63,980 nt of DNA, filler included, from Bonamia ostreae (GCA_040357525.1; 5 parts of 5 records of this genome joined end to end with filler, not necessarily neighbours in it), one strand, 5' to 3'. Positions 47,137-59,489 are shown, counted from the first letter of the whole stretch. Numbers and translations: made by a program. Notes: generated from the letters alone by a model not told the origin.

Positions 47137-49118
47137 ATGGTGCAATACAACTTTAAGGAGATCTGCATCATCCCGACTGCATCCGAGTTCATCGACATCG
47201 TCCTCTCCAAAACACAGCGGAAGACGCCCACCGTGGTGCACCGGCGCTACCGGATCAGCAGCATCCGGCAGTTCTACATGCGGAAGGTGAAGTTCTGCGC
47301 CGCGACGATAAAGGAGCGCCTCGGAGGACTGCTCTCCAGCTTCCCCCGCGTAGATGTTTCCTTCGTCACAAGCAGAGCATCCACCCCTTCTACGCGGACC
47401 TGATGCACGTGCTCTACGACAAGGACCACTACAAGCTGGCGCTTGGCCAGCTCAACGCCACCCGAAACGTCGTAGAGAAGATCTGCAAGGACTACATCAA
47501 GTTGCTCAAGTTCTCCGACTCCTTGTACCGCAGCAAGCAGCTGAAGCGAGCAGCGATGGGCCGCATGTGCACCGCGCTCAAAAAACTCGACATCTCGCTC
47601 AAGTACCTCGAGGAGGTGCGCCAGCACCTCTCGCGCCTGCCCTCGATCGACCCGGCCGCGCGCACGTTGATCCTGGCGGGCTACCCGAACGTGGGCAAGT
47701 CAAGCTTCGTCAACAAAGTGTCCAGGGCAGACGTGGAGGTGCAGCCCTACGCCTTCACGACCAAGTCGCTCTTCGTCGGGCACTTCTTCCACGAGTACCT
47801 GCGCTGGCAGGTCATCGACACCCCGGGCGTCCTGGACCACCCGCCGCAGGAGCTGTCCGGCTGCAACACCATCGAGATGCAGGCGGTGACCGCCATCGCC
47901 CACATCCAGGCGAGCGTGCTCTTCTTCGTGGACCTGTCGCCGAGCTGCGAGTACTCGGTGGAGCAGCAGTTGCGGCTGTTCGAGTTCCTCCGGCCGGTCT
48001 TCGTCGCGAAGCCGGTCGTCTTCGTCGCGAGCAAGAGCGACCTCGTTCTTCCATCTCAACTTTAGCGCACGTTCCGCGACCTTCCCCCACGGGAGAAAGG
48101 CTTGATCGAGCAGACCCTCGCCGCGCACAAGATCCCGCTGGTGGAGCTCAGCAACCTCTCCGAGGACGGCGTCATCGCCGCGCGGGACAAAGCATGCGCG
48201 TTGCTACTGGAGGCGCGACTCGCCCGGAAGCTCGATTCCGGGCGCGGCGCGGCGGTGAAGGCCAGGCTCGCCATCACGCGGCCCTCTCCGCGCGACCACA
48301 AGGCGCGACCGCCATCGATTCCCGTCTCCGTGGCCGCGGAGAAGCTGCAGCCGCGGCCGAAGAAGCCGACAGTGCACGAGATGCAGGAGAGGAACGGCGG
48401 AGGCGGAGTCTTCAGCGTCAGTCTGCGCGAGCACTGGGACCTGCGCGACCCAGCCTGGGCAACCCACTCGGTGCCGGAGATCTTCGAAGGGCAGAACGTT
48501 TCGGACTGGATGGACCCCGACATCGAGGCCAAACTGGACGTTTTGAACTAATCCGTAGAAACTAGAGCGGGAAGAACGCGCAGCCGAAGACGTCATGCGC
48601 GACGACTCAGCTGAGTTGGATTTGGACGAAGACCAGCAGGAACTGTACGCCGCCGTGTTCGCTAAAACAGGCGAGATCAAAGCGGAGGCGTTCGTGCGGA
48701 GGACGCAGAACAAGCCGCGTCCAAACAGAGCAAAGTCTGCGGTGAAGGACACGACCGGCGAGATGGCCAGAAAGCTCGCGGCGATCGGCTACCAACCCGC
48801 GAAAGCAGTGAGCCGCATTCAAAGAGACGGAAAACTGTTTTGACCAAAACGTTTTAGAGAAAAGCGCAAAAACAGAGTAAAAACCGACTTTGCGAGAGAG
48901 CGAAACGAGTTGGCGGCGCTGGCAGAAGAACACGGCCTGAGCTTCGAGGTTTTGAATTGCAATCGCAGGAGGAAACAAGGCAGAAGCGCATGAGCAACAG
49001 GGCTATCCGCAAGAGCGGCGCAGGCGCTCGATCCGGGGGCACCGGACGAGTTTTGACCAGCCGACCGAAACATCTTTTTAGCGGAAAGCGTAAGTTGGGC
49101 AAAACTAACCGTCGTTAA
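47137..49118 (+). CDS. NOG1: Nucleolar GTP-binding protein 1
   Basis: [86 protein letters not shown]; five 19-22-nt introns. Confidence 0.97.
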
Positions 49119-49141
49119 ATTTGTTTTGGGCACCATTTTAA

Positions 49142-49350
49142 AATTCTTAACATCGATTAAAATTCAATTCGACATTAATTGGAATTCTTAACATCGATTA
49201 AAATTCAATTCGACATTAATTGGAATTCTTAACATCGNNNNNNNNNNNNNNNNNNNNNNNNNNNNNNNNNNNNNNNNNNNNNNNNNNNNNNNNNNNNNNN
49301 NNNNNNNNNNNNNNNNNNNNNNNNNNNNNNNNNNNNNATTAAAATTCAAT
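49142..49350. repeat. Tandem repeat, 41-bp unit, spanning an N gap
   Basis: aattcttaacatcgattaaaattcaattcgacattaattgg repeated directly after the NOG1 stop. Confidence 0.9.
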
Positions 49351-49440
49351 TCCTCTTACTTTTAAAATGAAAATTTTGCAATTTAACTCGAACAAAAAAC
49401 GAAAATAAGTTTTTCTGCAGTTTTAAAAATGGCAAATTTT

Positions 49441-50122
49441 TTATTCGAATCGCGTGAACTCCTCAATGTACTTTTCTTTATCCGCGATCTTCTTTTCCCG
49501 GCTAGTCAAGTTCTTTTCTAACAAATTCAGTTCCTTTTCCCAGAGGTTTATCTGCTCCAGTTTCTCTCTAAGCGATTCATCCTCTTCTTTTAGTTCCCCC
49601 GCCTTTACCGCTTTGGGTGATTTTCGCACGGCTTCTTCCGGGTCTCTGTTCTCTTTCTTGTCTTCCAATTCGGTCTCTGCCAATTTTTGGACTAAAATCT
49701 CTATTTCGTCAGACTGGCTCTCGTTTCTTTCCTCCAACTCGCTGATCGCCCCTTTCAGGACGAGGTTTTGGTCCGTTAACCTATTTTGCAGAAAAAAACT
49801 TGGACAAGTCGTCTTCCAACTGTTGCATTCTCTCCGTCTCGGAACTCTGGCTCAGCGCTATCGTCAATCGATTTACCTCTCTTTCCGACATTTCCAGATT
49901 CCTGTTGTGCAAAAATTTACCTTTGCGCGGCGCGCAGCTTTTGGTGCAGAGCTTTGATGGCCCTGAGGTATTTCTGCTGTTGGATATCGAACTCTCTTTT
50001 GATCTCGGCGGCCGTCTGGCGCTTGGCGAACTTTTCCGCTGCGGTAACGCAAAACAACCTATTTCCAGCTCCGATTTTTCTTCGCCGAAAGTCGATTCTG
50101 AGGACGAATCGTGTTCAGACAT
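49441..50122 (-). CDS. Hypothetical coiled-coil protein
   Basis: ORFs 49781-50122 and 49441-49737 join through a 19-nt intron (gtttttttctgcaaaatag). May continue beyond 49441. Confidence 0.6.
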
Positions 50123-50661
50123 TTTACGTTTTTCTGCTAAATTATTTATTCAGAAAGAATTGCGTTTTGCACATTCAAAACATGCGCACTTTTATCGTTT
50201 TTTATTCCGGTAATACTTTTTTATCTTTTATTCTACCAACAACCAGTTTTTGCGACGAAGATCAAACTTTATTTTCGCAGTCGAGAAATTAGTGTTGGTT
50301 TTATATGATCTGCGCGATTAGTTTTATTTCCTCGTCGAAGCGTTTCTGCTGAAGTAGCAAAGTTTTGGGATATCAAATTTATTTTTCGACAGAGTGTGAT
50401 CAGATATTAAGATTTAGCGAATTCAGACGTTTGTAGGAGCAGATTTATAGCATCAACTTAGTTGACGTAAACCATCAGACTCTCTGGACCCAAAAAATTT
50501 TGTAAGAACGTCTGAACATCTTTGCAATGGGTCTGAAAACGTATTCGTTTTGAGCTCACCCATGATTGTTAAAATACAAAAGTGTGGAAAGATCGAACAT
50601 TCAATGAAGACGGGTTAATGCAAATACAATTAACACAAAGACAGAAAATTTTGTAAAAAAT

Positions 50662-51358
50662 TTATGTTAGACAAATAAAGTTGCTTTCGCTCTTGCTTCC
50701 GAAGCTGTCTTTCGGCTTCTCGGCTTCCCAGTTACCGCTTCGGGAAATTTGGATGTACTTCGTGGACGGGTCGCTTTCCTCCAAAACTCGCTTTATGTAG
50801 CCGTCCTCGACGAGCGAGTTTAGAGTCAACTTGCGCGCACACAAAGGGCATTTTGACCAGCGCTTGTTTTCATCTAATTACGACACGAACGTCTTAAGTT
50901 CAAAAGAAGCCAAATGAGAACATTTGGGACCCCGCACGGGCGTCTCGATTCTAAAAACGTTCTGCAATAAACCTCAGCAATGTTATCGAGTCGAAAAGCG
51001 GAACGCGCACCAAAGTCTGTTGGATTTCGCTCAACTGGCTGAACCCGAGTTTTATCTGTTTCTTGCGGTTTTCGAAAGAGATGAGTTTTGCTGCGATCTT
51101 GTCGCGACCCCCTTTCTTCTGGGAGTTTTTGAACACAAATTTTCTGTTTGGCTTGAAGCCGGGAGGCAGCCAAGGGTTCGGCTTGTCCGTCGTCAGGTCT
51201 ATCACTTTTGGCGGTTGCAGCAACTCGACTTCTTCCGATGCGTTCATTTTACGCCGTTTTTCGAGTCTTTCTAAAAATCGCTTTTTCGATATTTCGCAGA
51301 TTAGAGAAGAAGATCTCTTTTTGCTGTCTCCGAAAACCCGCCATTTCTTTTTGTTCAT
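50662..51358 (-). CDS. SP-RING (zf-MIZ) SUMO E3 ligase-like protein containing an in-frame TAA
   Basis: VPLFDSITLLRIETPVRGPKCSHLASFELKTFVS*LDENKRWSKCPLCARKLTLNSLVEDGYIKRVL...ISRSGNW after one 22-nt intron. Confidence 0.8.
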
Positions 51359-51566
51359 AAACAATATATTAAAATTCCTTAGTCCCCTAAGACCGGTTAA
51401 GATTCCTTTTTTGGAAACTAATAATTTAATTACATTCGACGATTAGTTTAATTTATCCTTAGTCCTCTTAAACCGTAAGCACCGTGAAATAATGTAACGA
51501 ATAACATCCGATTCTGCCGGTTTGGCTCCTCGAAATCTATTGCAAAACATAAGTGTAGTGCTCACT

Positions 51567-52385
51567 ATGCCGGGGATCGAATTTGTACAACGCTTCAAAG
51601 TCGTGTTGCTAGGAGATTCCTGTGTTGGCAAGTCCAACATCCTCTCCCGTTCGATTATTCTCAAACAAAGGGTTCGCGTATGAGCGCTTCGACAAAAAGA
51701 GCAAGTCCACGATCGGCGTCGAGTTTTCGAACAAATTAGTCCAAGTCAAAACCAACGACGAGAAGGATTCGCCCGACAAATCGGTCAAACTACAAGTTCC
51801 ATTCGCAGATTAACACTGAAGGTCTGGGACACTGTTTTTAGAGTTCACGAGTAGGCCGGACAAGAAAAGTTTTAAAAATAAACAAAAGATACGACGCGAT
51901 GACGGAAACGTACTTCAGAAACGTCGACGTAACTTTTCTAACTAAAGGCGGCGATTTTGGTTGTCGACCTGACGCTCCCAGCGATCGCTGCTTTTGAGCG
52001 GAGCGAACGATGGATTGAAAAGTTAAAGAAGCGCAACAGGGAGTTTTTACTTAATCTGTTTACAGCAGCGATGTGTACCCCATTTTGTTCCTCGCCGCGA
52101 ACAAAACAGATTTGAGGGTTGAACGCCGCCTCAAAGCAGAGGAGCTAAAAGTTGAATTGACGAGATGTATAGGAATTTTCGGTGAAGCACAACATGACAC
52201 TCTTCGAGACTTCTGCCCTGACTGGGGAAAGCATTTCTTTGATGTTCCAGACAGTGGCAGAACAACTGTACCACGCGAGCGGGATTTACAGCCCCGAGAA
52301 ACATCTCTCTAAGGCCAACAGTGAATTGCGAGTCCCTGCCGTCACAGACAAAGAGGATTCGTGGAATTGCTGTAGAGTCCAATAA
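51567..52385 (+). CDS. Rab GTPase (Rab11-like)
   Basis: KVVLLGDSCVGKSNILSRF, STIGVEF, spliced LQVWDTAGQEKY, NKTDL, FETSAL, C-terminal CC prenylation signal; seven mini-introns. Confidence 0.93.
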
Positions 52386-52404
52386 ATGCCAAAATATTCT
52401 GACG

Positions 52405-52550
52405 TTCAGTAAAGACAAAAGCTCAAACTTTGATTTTTTTGAGCGCCAAACAACAGCACTCAACATTGACTAATTTTGTATTTGCTCAAAAAATCAAAGT
52501 TTGAGCTTTTGTCTTTACTGAATATTAGTCAATGTTGAGTGCTGTCGTTT
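52405..52550. repeat. Interleaved double inverted repeat (A-B-A'-B')
   Basis: 52405-52444 is the reverse complement of 52484-52522 (one indel); 52448-52474 is the reverse complement of 52524-52550 (one mismatch). Confidence 0.95.
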
Positions 52551-52768
52551 CCAAACTGATGTCAAGACGGGAGAGTAGGTTCCTCATTTGGATGAGGTTG
52601 CCCTAAAAACTCCGGGCCTTGAATGTCTGCGCTAGACGATCGACTGTCAAGTCGGGGTTCTAAGCCAAATAAAATCTTTTTAAACAAAGTTGCCAAAAAA
52701 ATTTGTATAATCTTTTTTTTTGCAAGTGTATAACTTGTAACAAAGGCGTCCTTTGACGCGTTTGACAA

Positions 52769-54135
52769 TTATATTTGTGTATCCTCGTTTTTACTTTTGC
52801 TGGCACGTTTCTCAAGACAAAGCAAGTTGAAAATTTGACATTCCGCGGTTAAGTCAAAATCTTCGAGAACGAGCTTCGCCGTTAAAGCAAAAAGTGACGA
52901 ACTCGACGACCGCTCGTGGAAGAACGAGAAATAAAAGTTTATTAGGTCAAATGCTTTTTTAGGCGCTCGGAACTGGCCGAAGTGAGCCACATGGCCAAGA
53001 TGCCCTTGAGGAGAAGCAAGCAAACGATGGATTGGACCAGAAAAGCGAACCCTCCCACGGTGACGATTGCTCTGAACGTCATCCGCCAACCCTTTTGACT
53101 CAGTTCACTTTAAAAACCAGAGCCGCCATCGCTATCGCGGGAAACTGCATTCTCTCGTGCGCCGGAACCGCGCTCGGGAAGACACGCACCCCTTTCTTCA
53201 AATTGCGAAGAGAACCTTTTGGCTCAGGTAGTCAGAGCACAAGAGAGTGAACACCCGTTCGTAGAAAACGGGGTCCACACCGTTGGTGAGCGAGATGAAA
53301 GCGTGCTTCAAGTAGTCAACGCCGACTTCGAGCGCCAGGTACACCAAGGACAGAAGAGCAAATCTCCGCACCCACTCGGCGCCGAGCGAGAAATGGGAGA
53401 GGCTGTGCGCCAGGATCAGAGCCAAGTGGAAGAATACGCCGAAGCGCTCGACGACGTCCAAGAGAACGACTCGCCCCAGCCTCGCCGGACGCGCGTAGTT
53501 CTTGAACACGAAGGACTTGATCTCCGCCATGTTGTTGAGGAAGAACACGCCGAGGACGGCGTCGGTCTTCGAGTTGATGGCGGCGTTCAGCGTCACCAGC
53601 ATCGTCAGTTGCACTGTGGCGTGCACATCGACGTACAAAGCGGCTATGAACAGACTGCGCGCCACATCTCGACTCGGCCGGCGCGTCGGCGCGGCGAACA
53701 AGTCCTTCTGGAAGTACGCGCCGACTGAGCCGAGCAGCGTGTTGAACATCTGCAGGATGCCGATCAACACGTACAGTTTCAAAGTGGACTGTCCGCGCAC
53801 GAGATGGTACGCCTTGGAGACGTTCACATAAGTGAGGACCGCGAAGCCCTGCCAGACCAGCGCGATCGAAAACAAGTCGCGCCAGAAGTCGTCTGAGTCG
53901 AGCTTCAGTGCGAACACGCGGAACGTGCTGACCAAAGGCTCGAGGATGGCGTCGAGGCACAGGACCACTCCGAAGAGAATGGTCTTTTTTTGAAAAATGG
54001 CACCTTTTCGAGATAGACGAAGGTGTAGAAAAAGTCGTCTACTCGTTTTCTGACCCGGCTCATTTCTTCGGGCGAAGCTGGTTCGACGTGTCCCGAGACA
54101 AAGACACTTTCAAAGAAAAACTTGAATAGTGCCAT
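52769..54135 (-). CDS. TAPT1: TAPT1/Emp65 (DUF747) ER membrane protein
   Basis: LEK..LFGVVLCLD, YHLVRGQSTLKLYV, NNMAEIKSFVFK, DVVERF, EVGVDYLKHAFI. 3' end approximate. Confidence 0.88.
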
Positions 54136-54237
54136 TTAGAGCCCAGACGGATTTCTGCGTTATATGGGTTTAGTATAAACGTCAATGTAGTATTGTCATC
54201 TTTTAGCATTTCCGATTTATTGTTTAAAAGCAAGTTT

Positions 54238-54947
54238 ATGTTCCATAAAGGCTTGCTCGGCACAAACGTCCTGAAGGCGACACGAAGCATTTTCACGCCC
54301 TGGGGCAGAGTCCGACATGACAAAGTACTAATTAGTAAAATATAGCTCTGGAAGCCCAAACTCGTGGTGGGGCTAGGGAACCCCGGAATGGACGGTACTA
54401 GACACAACCTCGGCGCCATGTGGGTGCGACACATTGCGAAACAGTGTGAAGCACAGTTAGAGCCCCTTCCAAAGCTCAACTCTGCGGTGTGCCGGCTCGA
54501 CAATCCCGAAAAGACCGTTCTGATGGTTCCGACCACGTTTTGCGCGCGACTTTAAGGTACATGAACTTGAGTGGGGAAGCCGTCAAACAATGCATCACCG
54601 AACTTGGGATATCCCCGGACGACGTGGCAGTCGTGCACGATTGCCTCGAAGTCGAAGTCGGCGAAGTGAAAATCAGGAAAAAGGGCTCTCTCAACGGACA
54701 CCACGGGCTACTTAACATCGCCCGGGAGACGGGTCACAAAAAGCTGAAAAGACTGTCGATCGGAATAGGCCGCCCTGACAGCGTGGAAGAAGTGATCGAT
54801 TATGTCCTGGGCAAACCCGATTTGGAGGATTTTGCTAAAATTGAAGGCTTCGCCTTTAATTTTGTCGGAAATGAGTTTATAAAAGAGCTCTATGACGCCC
54901 CAGAAGATAAGATGATCGGAATCCCCGTTTTAGGACACGAAAATTAA
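54238..54947 (+). CDS. PTH1: Peptidyl-tRNA hydrolase, bacterial type, probably mitochondrial
   Basis: Presequence-like N-terminus, LVVGLGNPG..TRHNLG, PTTYMNLSG, VVHD, GHHGL, RLSIGIGRP, DYVL; two 20-21-nt introns. Confidence 0.93.
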
Positions 54948-55447
54948 ATTTTAATCTGTTCTGCAAATTTTTGTATTGCATGTTTATCTGTCATTGACAA
55001 TATCACCCGTACTTTATTTTTTTATCTTATTAATTTCACAATACTAATTGTTCTGTAAAATTACAAGAAATTTTCATTTGGATATCCGTGTAAAGTCTTG
55101 TGCGTGATAATTAACGTTACGGAAAATTTTTGGAAATATTGCACATCGTAAAATTATTAATATTCATATGGCCGCACTCACNNNNNNNNNNNNNNNNNNN
55201 NNNNNNNNNNNNNNNNNNNNNNNNNTTAATTAATTAANNNNNNNNNNNNNNNNNNNNNNNNNNNNNNNNNNNNNNNNNNNNAACATTTTGAAATATGTAC
55301 ATAAAAACAGTTACTAGACGAGGAACTTTTTCTCATCAAACTTTTGGAATTAACTAAAAAAAGAACACAGAACATTAAACCTCCGCTATATAACAAATCC
55401 CGTAAAGTTTATATAATCCAGAGCTTATATTATACCGTTATACTGGC

Positions 55448-58400
55448 ATGGCCACAACGCAACAACAAACAACTGACAGCCGACCAGTGCAAACCTTCTG
55501 GCACCCGCTCCCGCAGTCTTTCTGGGGCAGAAACAGAATCGCCGCGTGGCTCCTGCTCTCCGACTTCGCCTCCCCGCACGCTCACACCTTCCACGAAAAC
55601 GGCATCGACTACGCCGCTTTCGTCAAACTAGACGAAAACGCCCTCGTCGCTTTGAAAGTGCACAGCTCCCTCTGCCGAACGAAGCTCTCTAGGATAATCG
55701 CTCAAGTCCGCAATTTGCCGCCGACGAAGCCTCGCCTCGCGCGCAAGAACTCCGCCCCGATGTGGACGAAGGAAAACGTGCTGGACTGGCTCGACTCGCT
55801 GAGCTTCGGGTGGCGCTTCATCCCCCGCTTCCAGCAACTGGCCATCGACGGCAAAAAACTGGTGCGCCTCGGCCCCAAGTCGCTCGCGATCCTGATCGGC
55901 GTCGACTCGAGACCGCTCGCGAAGCGATATGTGCTCGCCATCAACAGCCTCAGCAAGTCGGGGAACTGGCGGCACATCGTCGACACAGATTTCGACATCG
56001 AGCTGAGCAGCCCGGACGCGTCGCTGGGCTTTTTTTCGACAGCGTACGTGGTTTCGGCGGGGTTGAAATCAGCCGGCGCGAAGTTGAACGAGGCGTTCTT
56101 CCCGTTCAACATGAAACAAATCAACTTGGCCATGTTCACGTACAAAGACGCATTTTTGCGGAAGAAGAAACGCAATTCGATGGAAGCGAAAGAAGTCGCT
56201 TTGTGGTTGAGGCACATGGGCTACGAAAACGAAGTGGTCGAAACTTTTCGGAGGAACGGAGTTGACGGCGTTCAGCTTTTCGATTTGGAGGAGGAGGATA
56301 TCAGAGGTGAACTTGGCATCAGAGACCCGCAAAATTGTCTAAGGCTTTTGTGCGACATCAATTTTTTGAGGTCGTTTTGAAATTTGGATGTGCGAGGAAA
56401 AGCACTTTTTGTTTCAAATTGTTTAAAAATTGTTTGTCATTTTTTGAATTGTCAAAAATTGTTTAAGAAATTGTCGTTTTTAAATTGTTGCCAAAAATTG
56501 CTTAAAAATTGTCGTTTTTGGATTGTTATTTAAAAAATGGTCGATTTTGATTTGCATGTTTAAAAAATTGTTGTTTTTGGATTGTTAAAAATGTCGTCGT
56601 TTTTGTTTAAATTGCTATAATTTGTTGCAAAATTTAAAACCACATTGAAATTAAATTTATCTGTCATTTTTGATTGAAACAACAACAAAAACAAAATCTA
56701 GAGAAGAAATGGGGAAATTGTTTAACATTTCGACGTTACTGAGATTGTACAAAGAAAACTACAAAAAAATATTAAAGAAACAACGCGCAAAACATTCGCA
56801 GCAAATCGCGATCTACAAAGAATCTGCTTTCGAGACAATGAAAGAATTTGAGCCATTTCTCGATATTCTCGGACTTTCTAAAACGTACCCCGATACGTTC
56901 CCAGATAAACACGGCGCCAAAGAAAATCGGCGCAGACGCTCAACTCGCCGCTCAACCGCGCCAAAGAAAAGGGGAAACGAGTTCCATCAGAGCAACGAAA
57001 GTGGTTCGACCGAAGAAAATCAAATTGCGAAAAACGAACATTTTTTTCGCAACATTTTGAAAAAGAACGCTTTCCGGAAAAACACAAATCGCTCTTTATT
57101 CAAAGACGCCTTCGTCCGCGAATGGGTCTCGAAAAACGAAATTTCGCGAGTGTACAAAGACTGCTTCGCGTCCTTTACAGAAAAAGATCTTCTGGAGTCA
57201 ACGGAGGATCAGTTGTCCAAGCGCTGCGGACTGCCCCCGACTGAGATGCGAGAAGTCATGGCGGCCGTGGACCAGTTCCGCATCGAAAACTTTAGGCGGA
57301 GATTGAAAGATTCCGCTTCAAAACCGAACGAGTTCCCGAAAAGGACCACAAAAAACAGTGCGCGAAATCGCAATTTTGCGGCCGAAGAAGCTTTTTATCC
57401 GTCAAAGAATGGCGGGTTCGGCAAGCCAGTTAAAAACGATAGATACAACGCGCTGAAAACGCCACTGCCGTTTTATCACGCAGACGAGTTCAGGGCCGGC
57501 GCGCGCAGCAGCAGTGCAAACATTCCGAACGCGGCAAGAAGCGGCTTCAGAAACATGGCGCAGAAGCGGTTTAAAAGAATGGGCACAGAAACGAAAAGAC
57601 TGTCGGACTTCCTGGCGGTCCAAAGGAAAGACAAAACGAACGGTTCGGCGAATGGCGCCGTTGCATCGCGAAGTTCCGAAAAGAACTTTGCTCGTTCGCC
57701 CGAAATCGCTAAATGGAATCCGCGAGCGCAAAGTTTGAAGAGCGAAGAGAAAGTGCCTCCGCCGCCGCCGAACGACCCGAGGCCGCCTTTCGATGTCGGA
57801 AAATGGTCTAATTCGCATGTTTTTTCGTATCTCAAAAGTTTTTTGCGATCAACGTTTAGACATTTCTGAACTGCGCCCGTTCCTCCAATCGCTGAGGAAC
57901 TTGAACGGCCGCTCTCTCCTCGACATCGCGGGACGAAAATCTTTCGGGGCTCAGAAAAATTTTGATTTGAAATGTCTTTCGGTGCTCAAAGGCGTTTCGA
58001 AAGCGCTTTCGTATCGCGATTTGCAGAACACGGCGGTGGAGACTTGGACCCCGTCGAACGTGCAAAGTTGGTTCGAAATCGACACTGATTTGCCTAAATA
58101 CGGCGAACTTTTCAGACAGAAAAACATCAGCGGTCGTCTGTTAGTGCAATTGACGCACGAAATGTTATTGGGAGATCTCGGCATCAATCTCGCTGAAAGG
58201 GAGCGCATTCTTGTGAGTGTTCAGAAATTGATGTTATTTTTTGCAAATATTATTTTTGCATTAAAATTGTTGTTCATTTTTTTTTGCATTAAATCCGACA
58301 TCAAATTAAGTTCCAAAGCAAAACCACAAATCAATCTGCCCCAAACTGGTTNNNNNNNNNNNNNNNNNNNNNNNNNNNNNNNNNNNNNNNNNNNNNNNNN

Positions 58401-59489
58401 NNNNNNNNNNNNNNNNNNNNNNNNNNNNNNNNNNNNNNNNNNNNNNNNNNNGACATCAAATTAAGTTCCAAAGCAAAACCACAAATCAATCTGCCCCAAA
58501 CTGGTTCAAACAACGAACACAATTTGCTGCCACTCTCGATGTGGACTCGAAACGAGGTGCAAAGTTGGTTGCTATCTCTGAAAAACTTTGGAAAATTATA
58601 TTTGGAAAATTTCGCAAAGAAAGCCGCCAACGGAAACAACTTGATGTTCGTCACCGACGCTACTTTGGCAGAAGAATATCTGGTTCCAATCGCAATTCAC
58701 CGAAGACAAATGTTGCAGTCGCTGAATAATTACAAGTTGCCCATTTCAATTGAATTTGTTCCACTTTTAAAACAACAGAACTGCTCCAGAAACAACAGAG
58801 GAAAATTGCAAAACAGACCAAAGCTATCCGATTCGTTCTCTGGAAAGCTTTTCAGAGTCTTTTGAAGATTATGACATGCACTTTCCGTTATCGAAGAGAA
58901 AGCCAATGCGAAGATTTGGAGCTAAGACGCCAGCTAAAACGCCTTCGACCAATGACGAAAACGACCAAAAAAATGTCAAAGAAAATGTTTTTAAAAATTC
59001 AGTTTTTGAAAAATTTGGCTATTTTGTAAATCTGTTTTGAAAATTTTTTAAAATTTAGACAAATCCAAATGAGATTTTGATAGAATGTTCATTTTGCAGA
59101 AAAAGGTTCGAAAACACCGATTTGTTAATTTCTCATCTTTCCATTCATGAAGTTTATAACCTTTCAATTTAACAAACCCCTTTCCCATTTTATGCACACA
59201 TTCGATAATATAAAAATCTGATTTAGAAAAGCTGCTCAATATGCGCAGAAAGTTTTGGTACCAACGAGCAATTGGACAAGCACATGGCCGTTCATTTTAA
59301 AAAAGATACAAAAGTTTTATTAAATCAAAAAAAGTTGAACGAATTTATCTTTGGAAATTCGAGTGAAATGAGCGAAAACAGATTGAGCAAGAACAAGTTG
59401 GTTGATAATTTATTCGGGGAAAAGAAAAAGTTCCATTTTTAAATTTTGCAGTGATCAAGTTGTGCAAGAAAGCGATGTTGGAGAATTAA
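55448..59489 (+). CDS. Large multi-SAM-domain protein
   Basis: Repeated SAM signatures: WTKENVLDWL..IDGKKL, EVALWL..VDGVQLFDL..ELGI, WTPSNVQSW..ISGRLL..DLGI, WTRNEVQSWL..NGNNL..HRRQML, plus degenerate copies. End approximate. Confidence 0.82.

Noticed and set aside
47354-48565. Long overlapping alternative-frame and antisense ORFs in NOG1, dynamin, TAPT1 and SMC3
   Set aside because: Expected by-product of high GC3 depleting stop codons; the translations are Arg/Ala/Pro-rich with no motifs.
28939-50880. Stop-codon reassignment suggested by TGA in the OTU fragment and TAA in the SP-RING gene
   Set aside because: Intact genes end in TAA or TGA, and their long exons contain no in-frame stops. 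The OTU fragment has other lesions.
54238-54947. Bacterial-type Pth and SCO1 as HGT or contamination
   Set aside because: Both carry host-style mini-introns and presequence-like N-termini, and both are normal mitochondrial proteins of eukaryotes.
14215-55281. Recurrent TTAATTAATTAA palindrome
   Set aside because: Always centred in 44+44 Ns: an artificial six-frame-stop linker. Adjacency across it has no biological meaning.
58296-58506. Duplicated sequence either side of 100-N gaps (also around 18970-19069)
   Set aside because: Probably unmerged contig overlap or an unresolved short repeat; cannot be treated as a real duplication.
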